Origin: Candidatus Falkowbacteria bacterium RIFOXYC2_FULL_36_12
GTDB lineage: Bacteria; Patescibacteriota; Patescibacteriia; UBA11705
NCBI GenBank assembly: GCA_001778235.1
Contig: MFGJ01000001.1
Location: 5,152-69,151 of the forward strand
Direction: 5' to 3'
DNA: 64,000 bases
The notes beneath the pieces were generated by a model. The model saw only the letters and a program-made list of their open reading frames with translations, did not search any database and was not told the origin of the DNA. Shown in pieces: positions 9,483-16,198 of this stretch (positions within the stretch are counted from its first letter, which is position 1; the number at the start of each line of letters is the position of its first letter). Both the position numbers and the translations under genes were made by a program.

Positions 9483-9701
9483 ATGGACAAAAAGAGGAAA
9501 AAAATGATCACTGAAGTCAAATATGACTGTTGCAAATGTGAAGGAACTGGCAATGTTCAGGTCAAACACGGGTTAAATACTGTTGCCAATGAAACATGTG
9601 ACAAATGTAATGGCAAAGGCTATTTGTCAACAAGGTGTAGAAAACAAACTTGTAAATGCAGTACTTCCCCTGATACAAGTGTAACAAAATTTTTTGAATA
9701 G
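9483..9701 (+). CDS. Small cysteine-rich zinc-finger protein with two DnaJ-type CxxCxGxG motifs.
   Basis: CCKCEGTG and CDKCNGKG followed by CRKQTCKC. A promoter-like TTTACA-N17-TAAAAT sits upstream. It is only 72 aa, so moderate confidence. Confidence 0.35.
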   Translation: MDKKRKKMITEVKYDCCKCEGTGNVQVKHGLNTVANETCDKCNGKGYLSTRCRKQTCKCSTSPDTSVTKFFE

Positions 9702-9829
9702 ACCCTTTAAATGGTTTAATTGGAACAATATTTTGTAAAAAATAAACTTTGAATAGTTGGAGTAGCAGTTGACAATACCTATCAATGTGATAAAATAATA
9801 AATTCATAGCCTGGAGGGGGACGAAGAAA

Positions 9830-10324
9830 ATGAAACACCAACAAATAAGTTTTACACTGTCTGTGTTGGATGATTCATGGTTTGATAACAGAAAAAACAG
9901 AGGTAAATTAATTATTTTCACCAGTCTGTTTCCAATTGTTTGGTTTTTATCCTGTTTCTTACTACCAGATAATCCGATTCAAAAACTAAGCAATTATCTG
10001 GTATTGAAGTATTTTATTGTTGTTTGCATTCCCCTGTTTGGAGTTCTTTCCCTGATCGTAGGAATTCAAAAGATTTGCGGACATGAAAGGAGATTTTTTC
10101 ATATTTTGAGCCTACTGACATATGCAAGCTGGTTTATCGCATCAGGATATCTGCACTTTAATATTTACAGCAATGACTATATTGAACAAGCAATTAATTA
10201 CTTAGCTCGAAGAAGCTATTGGTGGTTTGAGCTACTGGGATTTTTGAGCGTATTAGCTATGACTTTTTGTGCAGTCACCATATTGATGGAGACTCTGGAA
10301 AACAGAGATACTAGATCAACATAA
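9830..10324 (+). CDS. Hypothetical integral membrane protein (4 TM).
   Basis: Hydrophobic helices and a GGAGGGGG RBS 8 nt upstream. A TTGACA (9769-9774) / TAAAAT (9791-9796) promoter lies upstream. Confidence 0.45.
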   Translation: MKHQQISFTLSVLDDSWFDNRKNRGKLIIFTSLFPIVWFLSCFLLPDNPIQKLSNYLVLKYFIVVCIPLFGVLSLIVGIQKICGHERRFFHILSLLTYASWFIASGYLHFNIYSNDYIEQAINYLARRSYWWFELLGFLSVLAMTFCAVTILMETLENRDTRST

Positions 10325-10385
10325 CAAAATTTTTCGAATAAGATCATCAATGTATGGTCTTTTTTGTTTGATGTGAATATATATA

Positions 10386-10806
10386 GTTTCCACGAATTAC
10401 GAATATGCTAAGTTTCCACGAATAACGAATCTGCCACCTGCCTACGCTGACTTCAGCTTCGGCAGGCAGGCGAATCTACAAATTGAGGTGAATGATGAAT
10501 GGTTTCCACGAATAACGAATTTGCCACGAATCTACAAATTGAGGTGAATGATGAGTAGTTTCCACAAATAACAAATCTGCCACGAATCTACAAATTGAGG
10601 TGAATGATGAATAGTTTCCACGAATTGCGAATCTGCCACGAATCTACAAATTGAGGTGAATGATGAGTAGTTTCCACAAATAACAAATCTGCCACGAATC
10701 TACAAATTGAGATGAATGATGAATGGTTTCCACGAATAACGAATCTGCCACCTGCCTACGCTGACTTCAGCTTCGGCAGGCAGGCGAATCTACAAATTGA
10801 GTTGTG
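10386..10806. repeat. Tandem array of six ~56-bp direct repeats (plus one truncated unit). The first and last full units each carry a 33-bp palindrome insertion.
   Basis: The unit GTTTCCACGAATAACGAATCTGCCACGAATCTACAAATTGAGGTGAATGATGAAT(A/G) starts at 10412, 10502, 10558, 10614, 10670 and 10726. Units 1 and 6 contain CTGCCTACGCTGACTTCAGCTTCGGCAGGCAGG. There are no unique spacers, so this is not CRISPR. Confidence 0.85.
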
Positions 10807-10992
10807 AGTATAACCAGTTATAACAAACAGAAAGGTAATTTTCTTCCTATTGTGTCAAACTCTGCATAACTTGTTTGGTGAAGATTGGGAAATACTGTAA
10901 AATACCAATACAAATATACAAATGTTTACGAATATTACAAATACAAGGAGTTGTATTCATATTGTTTATAGTATTCGCAAATACGTAATTCT

Positions 10993-12096
10993 ATGAAAGT
11001 TGCTCTAGTGCACGACCACTTAACTCAAGATGGAGGGGCGGAAAAAGTATTGCAAGCATTGCAGGATGTCTACACAACAAGTCCGACATATACTTTGGTT
11101 TATGACAAAAAGAAAGTCAATAAAATATACCAAAGCCGAGATATTCGGACTTCTTTTATTCAAAAATTTCCATTTGGAGTCAGAAAATTTGAATGGTTTT
11201 TGGTTTTTATGCCAGCGGCGGCGGAAAATTTTGATTTGTCAGAATATGATGTTGTTATTTCTAGTGCTTCAGCTTTTTCTAAAGGCATAATAACTAAACC
11301 AGACGCTCTACACATCTGCTACTGCCACACTCCGACTAGATATCTCTGGACAGATTCAATCAATTACATAAAAGAACTTCGACAAAGCCCAATAATCAAG
11401 AGAACCTTGCCATTAGTACTTACTAAACTACGGATGTGGGATAGATTAGCGGCAGAACGAGTCAATGTTTTTGTTGCCAATTCTCGTGAAGTACAAAAAA
11501 GAATAAAAAAATACTACCGCCGAGAAAGTATTGTTGTTTTTCCGCCAGTAGAAACAAAGAAATTTCAAATCCGACAGAATATCGGCAATTTTTATTTAAC
11601 AGGTGGTAGACTTGTGCCATATAAACGATTTGATTTAACAGTAAAAACTTTCAATCGTCTGGGATTAAAATTGAAGATTTTTGGTGAAGGTCCGGCGTTT
11701 CAAGAACTTAGAAAAATGGCTGGACCCACCATTGAATTTTTAGGGAAAATTGATGAGGAAGCAAAGATTGAATTGTTTGAAACATGTATAGCCTTTATTC
11801 ATCCACAAATTGAAGACTTTGGTATCACTCCGGTTGAGGCTATGGCTGCTGGAAGACCAGTAATTGCTTTCAATCGTGGAGGAGCACTTGATACAATAAT
11901 CGATGGCAAAACTGGAATATTTTTCAATGAACAAGAATGGGAGACGCTGGCCGATACGCTAATCCATTTCAAACCAGAAAACTTTAAACCTGAAGACATA
12001 AGAAACCATGCCTTAAATTTTGATGAGACTGTTTTCAAAAAAAACATGGCTGATTTGGTGAACAAATCTTGGGAAAAATGGCAGAATACTTTATAA
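10993..12096 (+). CDS. Glycosyltransferase family 4 (GT-B, group 1).
   Basis: MKVALVHDHLTQDGGAEKV N-terminus. The C-terminal GT1 motif FIHPQIEDFGITPVEAMAAGRPVIAFNRGGALDTIIDGKTG includes the EX7E-like region. Confidence 0.8.
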   Translation: MKVALVHDHLTQDGGAEKVLQALQDVYTTSPTYTLVYDKKKVNKIYQSRDIRTSFIQKFPFGVRKFEWFLVFMPAAAENFDLSEYDVVISSASAFSKGIITKPDALHICYCHTPTRYLWTDSINYIKELRQSPIIKRTLPLVLTKLRMWDRLAAERVNVFVANSREVQKRIKKYYRRESIVVFPPVETKKFQIRQNIGNFYLTGGRLVPYKRFDLTVKTFNRLGLKLKIFGEGPAFQELRKMAGPTIEFLGKIDEEAKIELFETCIAFIHPQIEDFGITPVEAMAAGRPVIAFNRGGALDTIIDGKTGIFFNEQEWETLADTLIHFKPENFKPEDIRNHALNFDETVFKKNMADLVNKSWEKWQNTL

Positions 12097-12150
12097 CGAG
12101 AACAGCGAGTAAAGCAAGTACAGCGAGAACAGCGAGTACAGCAAGTACGG
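12097..12150. repeat. 9-bp periodic AGCGAG(N)AC repeat (six units); member of a dispersed family.
   Basis: CGAGAACAG CGAGTAAAG CAAGTACAG CGAGAACAG CGAGTACAG CAAGTACGG. Related copies occur at 33355-33405, 39458-39480, 45492-45525 and 61679-61720, and inside rpsA at 62966-63003. Confidence 0.7.
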
Positions 12151-12179
12151 TAATGACCTTACATAATTTTGCTTAATTT

Positions 12180-13313
12180 ATGAATATTGCCATTGATATA
12201 AGAAATCTAATGGAGAATGAAATTACTGGTGTTGGAGAGTATACCTTTAATTTGCTAACCGCACTTTTTGAGTTGGATAAATCCAATAATTATTTTCTTT
12301 TTTATAATTCTTCAAAAAATGTTACTGTTCCTCCTTTTAACTTTGAAAATGTGAAACTTGTTAAATTCAGTTTTCCAAATAAATTGTTGAATCTAAGCTT
12401 GAAAGTTCTCAAATATCCAAAACTTGATAAACTAATTTTCAGGAAATTGAATGTAAAAATAGATTTATTTTTTTTCCCGAATTTAAATTTCTTTGCAACT
12501 GATTGCTCGTATTTTATCACTTGTCATGATTTGAGTTTTGAAATTTTCCCTGAATTTTTTTCTTGGAAAAGAAAGCTTTGGCACAAAATTATTAACCCAA
12601 AAAAACTTTTTGAAAAAGCGAAAAAAATCATTGCTGTTTCATCAAACACAAAGTCAGATTTAGAGAACATTTACAAAATTAATCCTGAAAAAATTTACGA
12701 AATTTATTCTGGAGTATCTGAACAATTTCAAAAATTGGATTTGTCAGATCCTGGCCGGGATCGTGTGCGTAAAAAATATCATCTGCCGTCCAAATTTATT
12801 TTATATCTTGGAACACTTGAGCCGAGAAAAAACATTGAGAGTTTGATTGAAGCTTTTTCATTATTTAAACAAAAAAATCAAAGCAAAAATATTGAACTGG
12901 TAATCGCTGGGAAACCTGGATGGAAATATAGTTCAATTTTCAATAGTGCAAAAAAATCAAAGCATTTTAAACAGATCCATTTTATCAATTATGTGAATAA
13001 TAAAGATAAAGTTTTCCTTTATAACCTAGCGCAATGTTTTGTTTTCCCAAGCTACTATGAAGGATTTGGGTTTCCTCCGCTTGAAGCTATTTACTGTGGA
13101 ACAACAACCATAGCCAGCCATACTTCTTCTCTACCTGAAATATTAGGTAACAATGCAATCTATATTGACCCATACAATATCAATGATATTGTAAAATCGT
13201 TTGAATCAATTGACACTTTTTCATTGAAAGTTGTAAACCGAAAATTCTCATGGCAGACTACAGCAGAAAAAATGTTGAAAATTTTTATTGACACTTCAAT
13301 AAATTGTAATTAA
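12180..13313 (+). CDS. Glycosyltransferase family 4 (group 1).
   Basis: MNIAIDIRNL start, and the C-terminal FVFPSYYEGFGFPPLEAIYCGTTTIASHTSSLPEILG motif typical of GT4 mannosyl/glucosyltransferases. It is a paralogue of 18755..19870. Confidence 0.8.
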   Translation: MNIAIDIRNLMENEITGVGEYTFNLLTALFELDKSNNYFLFYNSSKNVTVPPFNFENVKLVKFSFPNKLLNLSLKVLKYPKLDKLIFRKLNVKIDLFFFPNLNFFATDCSYFITCHDLSFEIFPEFFSWKRKLWHKIINPKKLFEKAKKIIAVSSNTKSDLENIYKINPEKIYEIYSGVSEQFQKLDLSDPGRDRVRKKYHLPSKFILYLGTLEPRKNIESLIEAFSLFKQKNQSKNIELVIAGKPGWKYSSIFNSAKKSKHFKQIHFINYVNNKDKVFLYNLAQCFVFPSYYEGFGFPPLEAIYCGTTTIASHTSSLPEILGNNAIYIDPYNINDIVKSFESIDTFSLKVVNRKFSWQTTAEKMLKIFIDTSINCN

Positions 13314-13346
13314 GATAAGAAGTTGAACAAAAGGCAGGAGACAGCG

Positions 13347-14060
13347 ATGTCACAGCCAGAACCAGTAAATTATAGGCAGATTTATCATCAAATTTTGAAT
13401 CATTTATCAATTGATGAAAGAGTTGCGATGGCTCTTGGCGCTGTGGGCGATCTTTTACAAGCATTTTGTTTTGACCAGAATGAACAAGTTATTATTGCGG
13501 TGATTTCAAACCAGACCTTTGGTTTAGAACAGGCAAGATTAATTGCTGAACATCACCACAATGGCGCAAGCTTGGACCATTTAACTAAAACTCCAAATTT
13601 TATCAGTGATTCGGCCGTAAGATCTCACCTATTGAAGAATCGAGCCAGTACTGCGTTGGTCTTGAAAAGAATATTTTTGATACTTGATTTGTTTCACTTG
13701 CATAATGTTGCCTCTGGACAAGAAGCAACTGAACAAGCAAAGATGCAAGCTAGAGATGCGTTACGAAAAAAATTTGACCAGAGCACGCCAGAACAACGAG
13801 TTCATTTTATTATTAACACAGAAGGCAGATGCTTGCGTTTCTTTTACAAAATGAAAATGGGGCCAGAAACCGCTGACTTGCTTGGCAAACATGAATATAC
13901 TAAATTTATTTTAGTAAGAAATCTTCTTGTTTTTCCAGGATTGCCACCTCAAGTATTAAGAGGAATGTCAAAATCACCAGTTATCTGGAGAAACAATGAA
14001 TATAGAAGAAGAATTCTTGGACATACAAATTGTCCGATGGATGTAAAACAAAAAAGGTAA
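13347..14060 (+). CDS. Hypothetical protein with GC content visibly higher than neighbouring genes.
   Basis: Track ORF 13323..14060; the ATG at 13347 has an AGGCAGGAG RBS. I recognise no family. Possibly acquired. Confidence 0.4.
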   Translation: MSQPEPVNYRQIYHQILNHLSIDERVAMALGAVGDLLQAFCFDQNEQVIIAVISNQTFGLEQARLIAEHHHNGASLDHLTKTPNFISDSAVRSHLLKNRASTALVLKRIFLILDLFHLHNVASGQEATEQAKMQARDALRKKFDQSTPEQRVHFIINTEGRCLRFFYKMKMGPETADLLGKHEYTKFILVRNLLVFPGLPPQVLRGMSKSPVIWRNNEYRRRILGHTNCPMDVKQKR

Positions 14061-14195
14061 GATTACCTAAATTAAGAGATATTAATATCTCTTTTTATTT
14101 TTATATTACTGAAATTATGTTAATGGCAAGTGTATTAAATTTTTCTCTAATTTACAATAAATTCTGTTAAAATAACTAAGTTTTATTAGCTGTTA

Positions 14196-14224
14196 TTGAC
14201 AAACCTATTGATTTTTGCTATAAT
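14196..14224 (+). promoter_or_regulatory. Consensus promoter of the tRNA operon.
   Basis: TTGACA (14196-14201), 17-bp spacer, TATAAT (14219-14224), about 45 nt upstream of tRNA-Lys. Confidence 0.7.
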
Positions 14225-14269
14225 ATATTGTTATTTGTTCATTAGAAGGTTGACCGCCTTAAGGTCAAT

Positions 14270-14342
14270 GGGCCGCTAGCTCAGTTGGTAGAGCAGCAGA
14301 CTTTTAATCTGTTGGTCATCGGTTCGATTCCGATGCGGCTCA
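14270..14342 (+). tRNA. tRNA-Lys (anticodon TTT).
   Basis: Acceptor GGGCCGC/GCGGCTC, D-arm GCTCAGTTGGTAGAGC, anticodon loop CTTTTAA, T-arm ATCGGTTCGATTCCGAT. Confidence 0.85.
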
Positions 14343-14378
14343 CCCCATTTCTTCAAGAAGCCAAAAACAGGCTTCAAG

Positions 14379-14453
14379 GCTGGCATAGCTCAATGGTAGA
14401 GCAGCTGATTTGTAATCAGCCGGTTGAGGGTTCGATTCCCTTTGCCAGCTCCA
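14379..14453 (+). tRNA. tRNA-Thr (anticodon TGT), with an encoded CCA.
   Basis: Acceptor GCTGGCA/TGCCAGC, anticodon stem GCTGA/TCAGC with loop TTTGTAA, T-arm GAGGGTTCGATTCCCTT, 3' CCA present. Confidence 0.85.
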
Positions 14454-14467
14454 TTCTTTCGTCCATT

Positions 14468-14541
<74 letters not shown>

Positions 14542-14545
14542 CACT

Positions 14546-14662
14546 GGAGGAGTGGCCGAATGGTTGAAGGCGGCGGTCTTGAAAACCGCAGGTACGCAAG
14601 TACCCAGGGGTTCTCCGCCAAAGGACGGACTAGTCCTACGGCTAGGATTCCCTCCTCCTCCG
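14546..14662 (+). tRNA. tRNA-Ser (anticodon TGA)-like gene with an apparent ~32-nt insertion in the T-arm; possibly an intron-like element or a pseudogene.
   Basis: The 5' half is canonical class II: acceptor GGAGGAG, D-arm TGGCCGAATGGTTGAAGGC, anticodon stem GCGGT/ACCGC with loop CTTGAAA, and variable arm GGTACGCAAGTACC. The acceptor 3' strand CTCCTCC lies at 14655-14661. GGGGTTC and GATTCCCTC are separated by TCCGCCAAAGGACGGACTAGTCCTACGGCTAG, making the gene 117 nt rather than about 90. Confidence 0.5.
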
Positions 14663-14737
14663 CTCGTTTGAAGGAATTTCTAAGGGAGTAAATAAACTCC
14701 CCGGGAGATAACAGCCTAAAACTGGATCTCCCGAAAT

Positions 14738-14808
14738 TGGGGCGTCGTCAAGCGGTAAGACACAGGGCTTTGGTCCCTGCATCCTAGGTTCGAATCCTAG
14801 CGCCCCAG
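14738..14808 (+). tRNA. tRNA-Gln (anticodon TTG).
   Basis: U1-A72 acceptor TGGGGCG/CGCCCCA as in E. coli tRNA-Gln. Anticodon stem CAGGG/CCCTG with loop CTTTGGT. T-arm CTAGGTTCGAATCCTAG. Confidence 0.8.
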
Positions 14809-14837
14809 CATAAATGCTAGTCACAGCAGTGACTAGA

Positions 14838-14878
14838 GCCGTGAAAACTCAACAGAGTTAGTAACGGCTTTTTTTTAA
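14838..14878 (+). terminator. Rho-independent terminator of the tRNA operon.
   Basis: GCCGTGAAAACTCAACAGAGTTAGTAACGGC followed by T8. Confidence 0.6.
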
Positions 14879-14961
14879 TTTTATTGGTTAGAATATTGAC
14901 AAAATTGTATTTTTTAGTATAATAAACATAGATTGTCCGAGTCGAGCAAACGGAGAAAAAC

Positions 14962-15144
14962 ATGGGAAAAGCAAAAAAAAATTTTAGTCTGATTCAACAC
15001 AGAACTGATGAACAAATAAAAAAACTACAAGAAGAAGTGAAACAAGCTCGGCAGGAAGCCAAGGATCAGGATGCAGATATTCTAACTCTTGAAGAACTTG
15101 AAAGAAAATTGCTTCTGAACGATAAAGAAACTGAAAAAAAGTAA
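14962..15144 (+). CDS. Small, highly charged hypothetical protein (60 aa).
   Basis: Preceded by a consensus TTGACA (14896-14901) / TATAAT promoter and a GAGTCGAGCAAACGGAGAAAAAC leader. KKNF..QEEVKQARQEAKDQ helical. Confidence 0.4.
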   Translation: MGKAKKNFSLIQHRTDEQIKKLQEEVKQARQEAKDQDADILTLEELERKLLLNDKETEKK

Positions 15145-15197
15145 CATTGCTAAATCGCAGTGTTTTTTGTTTTATTTATGGGGAAATGATATACTCT
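15145..15197. repeat. 53-bp exact duplicate, copy A. Copy B is at 16121..16173.
   Basis: CATTGCTAAATCGCAGTGTTTTTTGTTTTATTTATGGGGAAATGATATACTCT occurs identically after gene 14962..15144 and after gene 15718..16119. Confidence 0.9.
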
Positions 15198-15311
15198 CTA
15201 TGGTTTTTCTTGACAAAAGTATAGAAGTTTGTTATTCTATACTATTGGACTTTGAAACAGTTTGGAAATTAATGAATTCAGCCCCCCCCCTCACACCACC
15301 AGGAGAAAACC

Positions 15312-15674
15312 ATGCATAACATCTCACATTTGATTTACACATCTGACCTGTGTCAATTCATTTATGGACTGGGTCTTGTATTGGGGGTTTGTTTCATTAT
15401 TTCCAGCTTTATTTCCTCTCTTATTCTTGATGTATCCTTCAGATTTGACATTGTTCATCGTGATTCTGGCAAAAACTTTATTATGGCGATGACCTGTGCT
15501 GGTGCCTTCTTCATTTCAATTTTTGGACTCAATTCCCTGCCAATTGAAAGAAATATGTATTGGGACATTGGAGCTCTGGTTGGATTGTGTTCTGGAATTC
15601 TAGTAATAGTCATTGTCTATCTGGCTGTTAGTATGTTTATTCATTCAAAGACTACGACTCATTCAAGAATCTAA
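15312..15674 (+). CDS. Small integral membrane protein (4 TM); paralogue of the next gene.
   Basis: NSLPIERNMYWDIGALVGL resembles NSLLATELNVFWDIGSLIGG in 15718..16119. AGGAG RBS. A C9 homopolymer (15282-15290) sits just upstream. Confidence 0.55.
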   Translation: MHNISHLIYTSDLCQFIYGLGLVLGVCFIISSFISSLILDVSFRFDIVHRDSGKNFIMAMTCAGAFFISIFGLNSLPIERNMYWDIGALVGLCSGILVIVIVYLAVSMFIHSKTTTHSRI

Positions 15675-15717
15675 ATATTGACCTAGTTCCACGAAACAAG
15701 GATGGAGGAGAATAAAC

Positions 15718-16119
15718 ATGCCACCAACATCATTCTACGAAAAATTGGCGTACGGAACTCATAATTTGATGCTTGCTGATAGCATTCCGACATCCGATCT
15801 TTATCAATTAATTTATGGGATGATGCTGTTTCTTTCTTTTGGTTTTTTTGTTGCAGGGATAATGGCAAATGTGATGCTGGATACTAACCGTTGGTGTTAC
15901 AATAATATGGGAGAAATTGTTGGAATGAGTTCATGTGGCATTGGTTCTACTCTCTTTGCAGTATTTGGACTGAATAGCCTGCTGGCTACAGAGCTCAATG
16001 TATTTTGGGATATCGGTTCTTTAATTGGAGGGTTTTTAGGTATTGCTCTCATTGTTATCACTTACATTACGACGAAATTATACTTTTGTTCAAAAACAAT
16101 CAGACAGACAAGAAACTAA
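15718..16119 (+). CDS. Small integral membrane protein (4 TM); paralogue of 15312..15674.
   Basis: Strong RBS GGATGGAGGAG. Similar TM architecture and conserved segments. Confidence 0.55.
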   Translation: MPPTSFYEKLAYGTHNLMLADSIPTSDLYQLIYGMMLFLSFGFFVAGIMANVMLDTNRWCYNNMGEIVGMSSCGIGSTLFAVFGLNSLLATELNVFWDIGSLIGGFLGIALIVITYITTKLYFCSKTIRQTRN

Positions 16120-16120
16120 A

Positions 16121-16173
16121 CATTGCTAAATCGCAGTGTTTTTTGTTTTATTTATGGGGAAATGATATACTCT
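16121..16173. repeat. 53-bp exact duplicate, copy B.
   Basis: Identical to 15145..15197. Confidence 0.9.
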
Positions 16174-16198
16174 AACTATATTAATTTAATGCAAATTT

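Noticed and set aside
10386-10806. Possible CRISPR array (regularly spaced repeats).
   Set aside because: Whole 56-bp units repeat head-to-tail with no unique spacers and there are no cas genes. It is a tandem or iteron-type repeat.
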